The notes under the pieces are model-generated. The model saw only the letters and a list, made by a program, of their open reading frames with translations. It was not told the origin of the DNA and made no database searches. Shown here one piece after another: positions 34,872 to 43,788 of a stretch of DNA of 64,000 nt. Numbering within the stretch: position 1 is the stretch's first letter; each line of letters opens with the position of its first letter. A program made the position numbers and the translations under genes. Source of the stretch: Candidatus Pacearchaeota archaeon (GTDB lineage Archaea > Nanobdellota > Nanobdellia > Pacearchaeales > GW2011-AR1); the NCBI GenBank assembly GCA_023133415.1, contig JAGLWM010000004.1:3574-67573 (forward strand), read 5' to 3'.

Positions 34872-35546
34872 CTACTCTTCGTCTTCGAGTTCCTCCCTTC
34901 TGATTACTCTGATGTTATCTAATTTTACTGTAACTGGAATTGGTACTGCTGCTCCCAAAAGAGATACAACACATTCGTTCTTTGGCTTGTCGACTCGAAC
35001 GACCTTTGCCTTTTCGTTTTTGAATGGTTCGGAAATAATTTCTATGATGTCATTCTTTTCAATTTTGATATCGGCTGCCACTGGCTCTAGCATTTGTTTG
35101 ACTTTGTCATATGTTACAGTTTCGCCGATGATTCCTTTAACATATGGTAGATTGAATACTGCGTCTTCTGCACATTTGTGATCTGGGGATTCTAGGAAAA
35201 TGTAGCCTCGTAGTCCGTGAGGTCGTGCGATTGCGTAGATTTCGATATTCTTTTTCTTAACTTTGTCTGCAATCATTTCTATGGCCTTGTCTTCTTTATT
35301 TGTTGTAACTTTTACGATGTAGATTTGTGAGTCGAATTTTCTTTTTGGTTTTTCTTCTATTCCAGCTTCTTTTTCAATCTCTTTTTCTTCTTCTTCTAGT
35401 TCTACTGCTGGTTCTGTATCGACTTTTTCTTCAGGGATTAGAGATGGTGAAATTGCTCCTTTGATTTTTGGAGCGAAGGTTTCTTCGGTTGCGAGGCTAT
35501 CGTCCTCTTCGAGGTAGTCGAATTCATCGTCATATCCAATTGCCAT
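34872..35546 (-). CDS. spt5: transcription elongation factor Spt5 (NusG) with acidic N-terminal extension
   Basis: NGN + KOW: IYIVKVTTNKEDKAIEMIADK..LRGYIFLES..KNDIIEIISEPFKNEKAKVVRVD. The first roughly 70 aa are D/E-rich. Confidence 0.8.
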   Translation of the reverse strand: MAIGYDDEFDYLEEDDSLATEETFAPKIKGAISPSLIPEEKVDTEPAVELEEEEKEIEKEAGIEEKPKRKFDSQIYIVKVTTNKEDKAIEMIADKVKKKNIEIYAIARPHGLRGYIFLESPDHKCAEDAVFNLPYVKGIIGETVTYDKVKQMLEPVAADIKIEKNDIIEIISEPFKNEKAKVVRVDKPKNECVVSLLGAAVPIPVTVKLDNIRVIRREELEDEE

Positions 35547-35547
35547 G

Positions 35548-35629
35548 ATTTCTTTCTTTTTAGAAAAAAGAAATTTCTCGCAAGTAGAAAAACTTTTCTT
35601 CCAAAACTTCGTTTTGATTTAATTCCATG
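35548..35629 (-). mobile_element. second copy of the start-codon element (spt5)
   Basis: CATG at 35544-35547 and 35626-35629. TATA-like tcataaaaat at 35646-35655. uORF MELNQNEVLEEKFFYLREISFF*. Confidence 0.7.
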
Positions 35630-35716
35630 ATTTGTTTGCACTAGTTCATAAAAATCTAAGAACTAGATATAATTTATTGAAAGTTTGGGTTTAAAAAAGT
35701 TTTGGTGTTCGAAATT

Positions 35717-35899
35717 TTAGAAGGCTAGTTTCATTACAATGGAAATTGCGAAGCCGACTGCGCCTATCACGAGGAGTCCGATAGCAGAGACTTTTGAGAT
35801 TGTTTTGAATTCTTCCATTGTCGGTTTTTTTAGAAGACGCCAGACTCGGAGATACTTGTGATATTGGGACGAGATTTTTCGGGATAGTTTTTTTATCAT
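35717..35899 (-). CDS. secE: protein translocase subunit SecE (Sec61 gamma)
   Basis: 60 aa, LKKPTMEEFKTISKVSAIGLLVIGAVGFAISIVMKL. Conserved ftsZ-secE-spt5-rpl11 order. Confidence 0.75.
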   Translation of the reverse strand: MIKKLSRKISSQYHKYLRVWRLLKKPTMEEFKTISKVSAIGLLVIGAVGFAISIVMKLAF

Positions 35900-35928
35900 A
35901 TAATTAGATAAATTGTTGGTTTTTAAAA

Positions 35929-37041
35929 TTATTCCTCGAAGAATTCGATTCCGAGTTCTCCTTCTATGTCTTTTCTTCGGGCTTCTTCGATTGGGAGTCT
36001 CTCGCCTGAAATTTGCGGGGATTTTACTCCTGTTATTATAACCATTACTTTTAGAGATTTTTCTAGATCTTTTGAAATTTGTGCTCCTGAGATTAGCTTT
36101 GCGTCTGGGGAAAGTTGTTCGCCTATTTTTTGGATGACCTGTTTGTATTCGTCGAGAGCCAGGTCTGTTCCGCCGATTACGTTTACTAGAGCGCCTTGAG
36201 CATTTTTTATATCGACGTCTAAAAGTGGGTTGTTTAGCGCCTTGTCGACTGCTTCTGCGGCTCGGTCGTTTGAATCGGATTCGCCCATGCCGATTAGTGA
36301 GACTCCACCATTTGCCATGATTGCTTTGATGTCTGCAAAGTCTAGGTTGACTAGTCCCGAGGATGTTACTAATTCGGTGATTCCTTTGACTGCATTTGTT
36401 AGGATTTCGTCAGCGACTTTGAATGCTGTTGGTAGAGGTAGATCTGGTGCGAGGTCTAGGAGTTTGTCGTTTGGGATTACGATTAGTGTGTCGACGATTC
36501 CTTCCATTCTTTCGAGTCCTTCCATCGCGTTTTCAATTCGTTTTGCGCCTTCAACGGTGAAGGGTAGGGTTACGACTCCGATTACTAGGGATCCTTGTTT
36601 TTTTGCCATTTCGGCTACTACTGGGGCTGCTCCTGTTCCGGTTCCGCCTCCGAGTCCACATGTTACAAAGATTAAATCTGAATTGGAAAGTTTTTTCTTG
36701 ATGTCTTGTGCCTGTTCTTTTGCGGCTTCGGCTCCGATTCGTGGATTTGATCCAGCACCTAGACCTTTTGAGATTTCTCGTCCGATTAGAATTTTTTGGT
36801 CAGCATTTGCATATAGAAGATCTTGTGCGTCGGTGTTTATTGCGATTATTTCTCCTCCCTTAATTCCAATTTCGCGCATTCGGGATGTTGTGTTTCCGCC
36901 TCCTCCGCCGACTCCGATGACTTTGATTCTTGCGGATTGTTTTTTGAGAATTTGCTCCAGTTCTTTGTCTATCTCGGCGTTTGTATTGGGCTGTGAGATT
37001 GATTGCATCTCTGGGATATCATCTCTTAGTATGTCTTCCAT
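35929..37041 (-). CDS. ftsZ: cell division GTPase FtsZ
   Basis: VIGVGGGGGNTTSRM and GLGGGTGTGAAPVVA tubulin signature. Confidence 0.95.
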   Translation of the reverse strand: MEDILRDDIPEMQSISQPNTNAEIDKELEQILKKQSARIKVIGVGGGGGNTTSRMREIGIKGGEIIAINTDAQDLLYANADQKILIGREISKGLGAGSNPRIGAEAAKEQAQDIKKKLSNSDLIFVTCGLGGGTGTGAAPVVAEMAKKQGSLVIGVVTLPFTVEGAKRIENAMEGLERMEGIVDTLIVIPNDKLLDLAPDLPLPTAFKVADEILTNAVKGITELVTSSGLVNLDFADIKAIMANGGVSLIGMGESDSNDRAAEAVDKALNNPLLDVDIKNAQGALVNVIGGTDLALDEYKQVIQKIGEQLSPDAKLISGAQISKDLEKSLKVMVIITGVKSPQISGERLPIEEARRKDIEGELGIEFFEE

Positions 37042-37042
37042 G

Positions 37043-37125
37043 GATTTCTTTCTCTTTAGAAAAGAGAAATTTCTCGCAAGTAGAGAAACTTAAATTCCAA
37101 AACTGCGTTTTGATTTAATTCCATG
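37043..37125 (-). mobile_element. third copy of the start-codon element (ftsZ), with compensatory change in the TAGA-loop hairpin
   Basis: CATG at 37039-37042 and 37122-37125. TATA tttataatta at 37146-37155 lies 26 nt upstream of the distal ATG. uORF MELNQNAVLEFKFLYLREISLF*. Confidence 0.7.
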
Positions 37126-37175
37126 AGATAAAAGGTGGATTTGGGTTTATAATTATTTGTGGGATTGGGTGGATA

Positions 37176-38096
37176 TTAAAGGTGTTTTGCAATGTCCTCT
37201 AATATTTCATGACCAGCCCTAACTCTTGCCTCTGACGTTTTTTGCCCTGTAATTGTTCTTCCTATAACTTCTATATCCGAACCATCTTGGGCAGCATTTC
37301 CTGGAGTAAAGACTCTTTTTTGATCTTCTCCTGCGGGGGTATTCGGTCCTTTTATTCCTGGAGTTACAAACATAAAATTACTAGGCATTTTGTCTTTTAC
37401 TGCGTATAAATCTGCTGCAGAACAAACAATCCCATCGAGACCTGCGTTGTGAGCCATTTTTGCATAATTTAAAACGGAGTCAGGAACTATATCGTCTAAA
37501 TTCAATCTCTTTAGCAGGGAGTCGAACGGGTTTCCATATACTTCCAAAAAAAGTTTTTGAAGTTTAAGTTTTTCATATTCATTTTTTTCTTCTCTAATTC
37601 TTATATCGGCATTAATCGCTTGTGAAAATGGGAAATTGCATAATTCCGTTCTTGTCTTTTCATATAGTGACCCTACCGGCAATTTTTCTATTATTGGAAG
37701 TGTATTTTGTATGTATCTTAGATTATCAAGACTAGTAAGAATAGTAACTGCTGTTATTTTTGGAGTCACTGTTCCATATTGTTTTGTTCCTTCCATTGCA
37801 CCTTTAACTGCTGCCTGCATCATCTCTTGACCTCCCGAGGCATGAACATTAAACATATAGACTCCTAATTGAGCTGCGGCATTTGCAGCCCCCCTTACAG
37901 TATTTGGGATATCGTGATATTTTAAGTCCAAAAAAACATCCGCCCCATATTCTTGAACCATTTTTATTGCATCTGGTCCAAATCTAGTATAAGTTTCTTT
38001 GCCAACTTTAAATAATCCAACTACCGGACTTAATTCCTTAACTCTATTTTCTGCGGCATTCATAGTTGACAAACCATCAAGTGGCATGCAAACCAT
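37176..38096 (-). CDS. pyrF: orotidine 5'-phosphate decarboxylase
   Basis: FLDLKYHDIPNT, FNVHASGG. Start uncertain (38096, 38132 or 38159). Confidence 0.8.
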   Translation of the reverse strand: MVCMPLDGLSTMNAAENRVKELSPVVGLFKVGKETYTRFGPDAIKMVQEYGADVFLDLKYHDIPNTVRGAANAAAQLGVYMFNVHASGGQEMMQAAVKGAMEGTKQYGTVTPKITAVTILTSLDNLRYIQNTLPIIEKLPVGSLYEKTRTELCNFPFSQAINADIRIREEKNEYEKLKLQKLFLEVYGNPFDSLLKRLNLDDIVPDSVLNYAKMAHNAGLDGIVCSAADLYAVKDKMPSNFMFVTPGIKGPNTPAGEDQKRVFTPGNAAQDGSDIEVIGRTITGQKTSEARVRAGHEILEDIAKHL

Positions 38097-38100
38097 TTTT

Positions 38101-38949
38101 CTAGCTTGTTGTTGTTTTGCTGTTAATTTCATTTTGAGATAGAAGCTCTTTGGGTACATTTAATTTTTGTAATCTATCCGTAAGCTCTTCTTTTAAATAG
38201 GGATAGCCTACTCTTAAAATCTTTTGACCCTTTCTTAAAGTTTTTTTATCCATTAATATTTTTTTTAGTTTTTGGACTCCCGCGTCACTTCTTAACATTT
38301 TTTCTGCCCAAGAATCTTTATCTTCCATTCTCGCTTTAAGATTCCAATAACAATCATTATTAACCGCACCCTTGGCGTATAAGTAATCCCATGCATGTCC
38401 ATCCAATTTGACAACTGCATGACCTTTGAGACCAAGATTTTCTACCACTTGAACTCCATTTTCCATTCTTTCTACATAAAAGAAAACATCTGATATTTCG
38501 CCTCCAGCTTTTTTTATTATTGGTATCCAATAATCTCTAACGGATGACCCTTCATTATTTAAATCTGCAACATGCAAAATTCTTTTTCCAGCCATAGAAG
38601 CCCCTACAGTCTTTTCGTTTTTATATAACATAACATGAGCTTTTGAAATGTCGTGGTCTCTTACAAGATTATTGACCACTAAATTTGAAAATATCCAATC
38701 CCTCGTTTCGCCTCCAGATATAATATCTATTTTATCCAAGGAAACTGTATCATGAATTAAGTCTGTCATATCTCTTGCAGCTGATGCATAATTTCTTCCG
38801 TTATTCATAACCGCTCCACTTTGAACAAAATATGGACCTATTTTCCCGGAAGTGTATGGAAAAAAAGTATCCGTAAAGTCGAATCCGTCATTCGTTACGA
38901 GAATATTAAGATTTTTCTCTTGTAATTTTTTTTTATTGGCCATAGGCAA
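38101..38949 (-). CDS. phosphoribosyltransferase-fold protein, PyrE-like paralog
   Basis: FPYTSGKIGPYFVQSG.., ISGGETRDW, RILHVADLNNEGSS (PRPP-loop-like). Confidence 0.55.
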   Translation of the reverse strand: MPMANKKKLQEKNLNILVTNDGFDFTDTFFPYTSGKIGPYFVQSGAVMNNGRNYASAARDMTDLIHDTVSLDKIDIISGGETRDWIFSNLVVNNLVRDHDISKAHVMLYKNEKTVGASMAGKRILHVADLNNEGSSVRDYWIPIIKKAGGEISDVFFYVERMENGVQVVENLGLKGHAVVKLDGHAWDYLYAKGAVNNDCYWNLKARMEDKDSWAEKMLRSDAGVQKLKKILMDKKTLRKGQKILRVGYPYLKEELTDRLQKLNVPKELLSQNEINSKTTTS

Positions 38950-39004
38950 ATTTTAGGAAATCAAGTTTTTAAGAATTTATATATTAAATTAATAGAGTTA
39001 TTTT

Positions 39005-39251
39005 TTCTTTTCTTCAACAACTTCGCTCTCTACTTTCAATCCTAATATTTCCTCGAATTTTGGTGAGAACATTTTTATGAATTGCTCGGCTTCTTTTGGT
39101 ACTTTGAATGTGATTGTTTTTTCTTTGACTTCGTAGTCAAATATCTGTTGGAATAAAAAATCTTGAAGTGCGTTGATTTTTTCTTTTTGGTCGGTTATGA
39201 TTTTATTGATTTTGAATGAACATGCATATGGAGATAATCTTTGTGACCACT
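39005..39251 (-). pseudogene. chimeric gene fragment: FKBP C-terminal tail fused to a pyrF N-terminal scrap
   Basis: 39005-39214 is identical by eye to 43805-44014 (3' end of the FKBP gene). 39215-39251 matches 42755-42791. Confidence 0.8.
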
Positions 39252-39413
39252 AAGCTAAAACTTTGTTTGAAAGGTGTGCAAGTTTACGCAAGAATTATTC
39301 TTCACAATAATTAAGTTATTTTGAGAGACTAAAGAATTAATTTATGCACAATGTCTATCACATAACAATCTTTATAAACTATTGACGATATAAACCATTA
39401 TTAAAATTAAAAA

Positions 39414-42362
39414 ATGGTGAGTAAAAAAAGATTTTTTGTTTTAGGCATAATGTTTTTGTTTGCTTTGAGTTTTATTTCTTCTTCATCAACAGGTCTTAAA
39501 ATCCTCCCGCCTGATAATGGTATTTATTTAGGGTCTTATGATTTTGATAATGGTCTTGATGTATTTGAACAGGCAATTGGAAAAAAAGTGGCGATTGCTC
39601 CAAATGTCTGTTTTAATGCAGAAGCTACTATTCCTAAATTTGATATCAATTGCTATGAAAAATTATATCAGAAGGGCTATGTAAGTGTCTTTGGTTTTGA
39701 GGGTACTCCAGATCCTAAAAATCCAAATCCAAACAAGGGAGACTTTACTTCTCAACAAATAATTGATGGGGATGCAGATTATATTTTTCAAGATATGGCA
39801 AAAGATATTAAACAATTTGGCAAACCAATTTTTTGGGATTATCCAAGGGAGCCAAGGGTTCAACCAGGTTTTGGTTATGATGGTGGGGGTTATGGACATA
39901 AAGCTGATGAAACTTATAGTGAAGTTTTAGAAAGAGGGGGCAATCCTAAAGCAGAATACGGTAATACTAATGCACTTGATGGACCAGAACGCTACAGAGA
40001 TATGTGTAGGCATATTCATGATGTGGTTGAAGCAGAATGTTCTGGCTGTGTAACTTGGATTATGGGAGCCATAATAAACGACGTGCAGGTATTTGGAGTA
40101 AATAGCAAGTCTCAACTTCCTCCTCCACTTAATGAATTGACTTATATTGATTTTTATCCTGGTGATAATTATGTAGACTGGCATGCTATTGATATCTACA
40201 GTTCGAGTCTGGAAACAGGTGTTAATATGGATTTTGATTCATCTGCTGGTGAATCATTTCAGGAAATTATTGCTGTAAGTTCCAATAAGCCAATTATGAT
40301 ACTGGAGTTTGGAGTATTTGATTCAGTTAATGATAGATCAAATTGGTTTAAAGATTTTTTTAATCATGTGAAAAATGATCCTAAAAAGAAAGGTTATGAC
40401 AAAATAGGTGCATTTAATTATTGGCAAATGGGTGTAAATGTATTTGATGATATGATATTCAATATGTATACTAGAATTAATTCAACATACCCCTCCGCCC
40501 AAGCATGGCAAACGGAAATTCAGGCAAATTCTAATTTTTGGATTTCAAATGTGAATACTGGAACGCCACCAACAAAAACCTGCTCCCAACAAAACGGCTA
40601 CATCTGTTCGGCTTCTGAAACTTGTTCCGGAAATTGGCTGACAGCTTCGGATACAAGTAGGTGTTGTGATGTGGAGTGCAGTTCTTCGTCGAGCATAACC
40701 AAAACTTCAGGAACATACACCTGTCTCACTTGCGCCAAAGCGCATCACTGGGAGATTGATGAAAATCATATGCTTTGGTGGGACAACCAGCCATATATCC
40801 CTTATGGAGGATTTGGAGTGCAGAGCATTAATAATCAATTTGGTATCACTGATTTCAACAATTGGATTGATAGGGAGAATAACAATGATCCAGCATATAT
40901 CCAGCAACATATTAAAGATTTTGATAAATGGACTACAGAGATTTCTGATGGTGGTGGGACTTATATTATTCAGTGGTCTATAAATAGCCCTCCAAATAAT
41001 GATGCTTCAAAACTTGCAGACCCAAGTGTTAAGCAGCAGATAGTTGATGAATGGAAACTTTATGTTCCAGCAGTGGCAAAAGAGGGGCTTAGAGGAATGG
41101 TAATCTGGAACGAAATTGATGTTGATTTTAGCTGGCCAAATACTTTTACTAATGATGAATATGGAAACATTTTGGGGGAATACGCCAAAGAATTAAAAAA
41201 TATGGTTGGTGATGTGCCAATTTCGCTTAAGGCGACAGGGAGTTTTATTTACGGATACGGGAAAGTGAATCCGGTTGTTGCAGGAGCAACAAATGAATAT
41301 GCCGGAGGGTTGGGATTTGATATATTCCCAACAACATGTAGTAGTTCAAATTTTGATTCAGTAAGTCAAATCAAAACAAAAATAGAACAAAATCAGAAAA
41401 AAACAACATGGTTTTGGATTGCTGAATTTGGAGTTGGAAGAGAGGAAGGTGAAATAGAGGGAGAATTAGGGTGTTATTGGGATAGTTTCCCACCGTTTCA
41501 GTCTAAACAGGATATGAAGTGTTATTTGGAAAATTTAGTTAATGCTGGTGCCAAAGGATTTATTTACAATGGTCCAAATAGTGTTCAAAACCCTGCTGGT
41601 TGCGAGCAAAGTTATTATCAAAGTTATGTCTGGTATTCAGAATTAAAGAATGAGATTATTCAAAAAACGATCTCAACGAATAATAAAGAGACCTGCAACA
41701 ACAACGGAATTTGCGAAGCTCATCTGGGAGAAACTCAACAGAATTGCCAGAGTGATTGCGAAGAAATAAATGAACACGAAGGAGAAACGGGAGAGATAAC
41801 AAGTTCTCAATGCTACACTGATTGTATGGCAGAAGCAGGAAATACAGATGCTGGTTGCAAGAGTTGGTGTAGTGGTCAAGGCACAGAAGAACAAGAAGGA
41901 GAAGTTAGCAATAGTGAAAGTGAGAATGGAGAAAAAGATAAAAGTTTTTTTGGAAAAATTATTGATTGGATAAAAAGAATTTTATTTGGAGAAAGTAATA
42001 AAGATGTTGAGAAAATAGAATACGAAATTCAAGAAAACGAAGATCAAACAGGTGAGAATGAAGATCAGCTTAATGGAATAAGAGAAAGTGATGAGTTAGT
42101 TTCTGAAAGCGGTAGAGTAATTTCTAATCAATGCTACACTGATTGTATGGCAGAAGCAGGAAATACAGCAGATTCATGTCGTGCTTGGTGTGATAGAGAA
42201 GAAGTTAGTGAAGAAGGCGAAGAAGAACCTGGCAAGGAAGAAGATATTACTCAAACACAATGCTACACTGGTTGTATGGCAGAAGTAGGAAATACCGATG
42301 CTGGATGCAGAAACTGGTGCAATAGTCAAAGTGATGAAGATTTTGCTGAAGAGATAGGATAA
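39414..42362 (+). CDS. secreted two-domain glycoside-hydrolase-like (TIM-barrel) protein with three C-terminal 4-Cys repeats
   Basis: Signal peptide MVSKKRFFVLGIMFLFALSFISSSS. PIMILEFGV and WFWIAEFGV nucleophile-like motifs. (S/N/T)QCYT(D/G)CMAE(A/V)GNT..(G/S)C(K/R).WC occurs three times. Base composition differs from the flanks. Confidence 0.6.
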   Translation: MVSKKRFFVLGIMFLFALSFISSSSTGLKILPPDNGIYLGSYDFDNGLDVFEQAIGKKVAIAPNVCFNAEATIPKFDINCYEKLYQKGYVSVFGFEGTPDPKNPNPNKGDFTSQQIIDGDADYIFQDMAKDIKQFGKPIFWDYPREPRVQPGFGYDGGGYGHKADETYSEVLERGGNPKAEYGNTNALDGPERYRDMCRHIHDVVEAECSGCVTWIMGAIINDVQVFGVNSKSQLPPPLNELTYIDFYPGDNYVDWHAIDIYSSSLETGVNMDFDSSAGESFQEIIAVSSNKPIMILEFGVFDSVNDRSNWFKDFFNHVKNDPKKKGYDKIGAFNYWQMGVNVFDDMIFNMYTRINSTYPSAQAWQTEIQANSNFWISNVNTGTPPTKTCSQQNGYICSASETCSGNWLTASDTSRCCDVECSSSSSITKTSGTYTCLTCAKAHHWEIDENHMLWWDNQPYIPYGGFGVQSINNQFGITDFNNWIDRENNNDPAYIQQHIKDFDKWTTEISDGGGTYIIQWSINSPPNNDASKLADPSVKQQIVDEWKLYVPAVAKEGLRGMVIWNEIDVDFSWPNTFTNDEYGNILGEYAKELKNMVGDVPISLKATGSFIYGYGKVNPVVAGATNEYAGGLGFDIFPTTCSSSNFDSVSQIKTKIEQNQKKTTWFWIAEFGVGREEGEIEGELGCYWDSFPPFQSKQDMKCYLENLVNAGAKGFIYNGPNSVQNPAGCEQSYYQSYVWYSELKNEIIQKTISTNNKETCNNNGICEAHLGETQQNCQSDCEEINEHEGETGEITSSQCYTDCMAEAGNTDAGCKSWCSGQGTEEQEGEVSNSESENGEKDKSFFGKIIDWIKRILFGESNKDVEKIEYEIQENEDQTGENEDQLNGIRESDELVSESGRVISNQCYTDCMAEAGNTADSCRAWCDREEVSEEGEEEPGKEEDITQTQCYTGCMAEVGNTDAGCRNWCNSQSDEDFAEEIG

Positions 42363-42514
42363 AAATAAAAAATAATTTTTTTAGAGAAATAACAACTAAC
42401 AAAAAACTTGACAAGGAGTTTTTAAGAGAAACATCGAGAAGGCAATTTGAACATATGAATAAAAATTTAAAACAAAATAAAAAAATTTAATTTCTGAAAC
42501 TTGCCAAAAAACAT

Positions 42515-42883
42515 TTGATTTTGCGATATTACTTTTTTGGCTTTTTCTTTTATTCGACTGCTTTTGTTTCGATTTTTAGATTAAGTATTTCTTCGAATTT
42601 TGGCGAGAACATTTTTATGAATTGCTCGGCTTCTTTTGGTACTTTGAATGTGATTGTCTTTTTTTCTATCTCGAAATTGAAAACTTGTTGGAATAAGAAA
42701 TCTTGGAGTGCGTTAATTTTTTCTTTTTGGTCGGTTACGATTTTATTAATTTTGAATGAACCTGTATATGGAGATAATCTTTGTGACCACTCTAGTGCTT
42801 GTTCTACACTATCGGTATCTAATGCTATACAGACCCTTTCTCTTGCTAGTTTTTCTTGTGGTGTTAGTCATCTTAGGTTAAAA
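42515..42883 (-). pseudogene. frameshifted pyrF-N-terminus / FKBP-C-terminus chimeric remnant
   Basis: ATG at 42883 gives MTNTTRKTSKRKGLYSIRYR*. The +1 frame reads ..VCIALDTDSVEQALEWSQRLSPYTGSFKINKIVTDQKEKINALQDFLFQQVF..FIKMFSPKFEEIL... The plus-strand track ORF 42515..42973 is a shadow. Confidence 0.7.
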
Positions 42884-42929
42884 GTGCAATTTTTTTCAAT
42901 TACTTCTAATGATTTATTTCTGAAATCCC

Positions 42930-43727
42930 TTATTTACTTTTCTCTCTTCCGTATAATTTCATATACTTATTAAATTCATTATATATTTTAGAGTTTAGTG
43001 GTTGTTTTTTATCATTAATCATTAAAGGATGTTTTAAATTAAAAAGATAGTCAATCACTTCTCTTATCCCTACTATTGAATCAACCGGGATTCCTGTTTT
43101 TTTAACAAAGTTGCCAATTGCATCTTCTCCCTTTACCCCGTGAATAACTCTTTCCTTATTTGATAATTCTTTTGACTTGGATTCATCATAGACGGGACCC
43201 ACTTGTTCTCTATCAACAGCTATTCCTACTTCTACTACTTTGGTTTTTATACCTAAGGATTTACTTTCATGTGCTATTTTTTCAAGACCTTCAAATTTTG
43301 TAGCCATTGATGTGCCAACATCATCAATTAGATAGATGTTGCAGCCGTCATAGAATTTTGCTCCTACAAACATACTATCCTTTAGAGAAGACTCTCCATG
43401 TGTTTTTGCCTCTTTCCTATCATAACAACATCCAATATCAATATTGTAATTTTTTAAAAGAGCGAGTGTTGTATCTCCTGCAATTAAACTTGCTTTATAT
43501 GATGGACCAAAAATAATATCTATCTTCATGCCATTATCCATTTTCTGTTTAATCATTCCTGCATAAGCATTTGCAAGCTCCCATCTAAGACTAGCTTTAT
43601 CCGCAAAATTGCCTATATTCACAAAGTAAGGTGTATTTCTTCCGTCTTTCAGAAAAAGGTTGTCTTTCAGAAAAAGCGCGCCTGAATCTGCTAAAATTTT
43701 TGAGAAATTTTCTTTATATTTTTCCAT
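42930..43727 (-). CDS. pyrE: orotate phosphoribosyltransferase
   Basis: FLKDGRNTPYFVNIGNF, IIFGPSYKASLIA, IYLIDDVGTSMATK. Confidence 0.75.
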   Translation of the reverse strand: MEKYKENFSKILADSGALFLKDNLFLKDGRNTPYFVNIGNFADKASLRWELANAYAGMIKQKMDNGMKIDIIFGPSYKASLIAGDTTLALLKNYNIDIGCCYDRKEAKTHGESSLKDSMFVGAKFYDGCNIYLIDDVGTSMATKFEGLEKIAHESKSLGIKTKVVEVGIAVDREQVGPVYDESKSKELSNKERVIHGVKGEDAIGNFVKKTGIPVDSIVGIREVIDYLFNLKHPLMINDKKQPLNSKIYNEFNKYMKLYGREKSK

Positions 43728-43788
43728 ATTCTATTAGTTTATCAGAAAAATTGGGTTTATAATAATTATTGGGATTGAGTTTGCGATA

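Noticed and set aside
42515-42973. Plus-strand ORF of 152 aa.
   Set aside because: It is a shadow of the minus-strand pyrF'/FKBP' remnant and of the pyrE 3' end. The minus-strand reading matches known protein sequence from 43789..44442.
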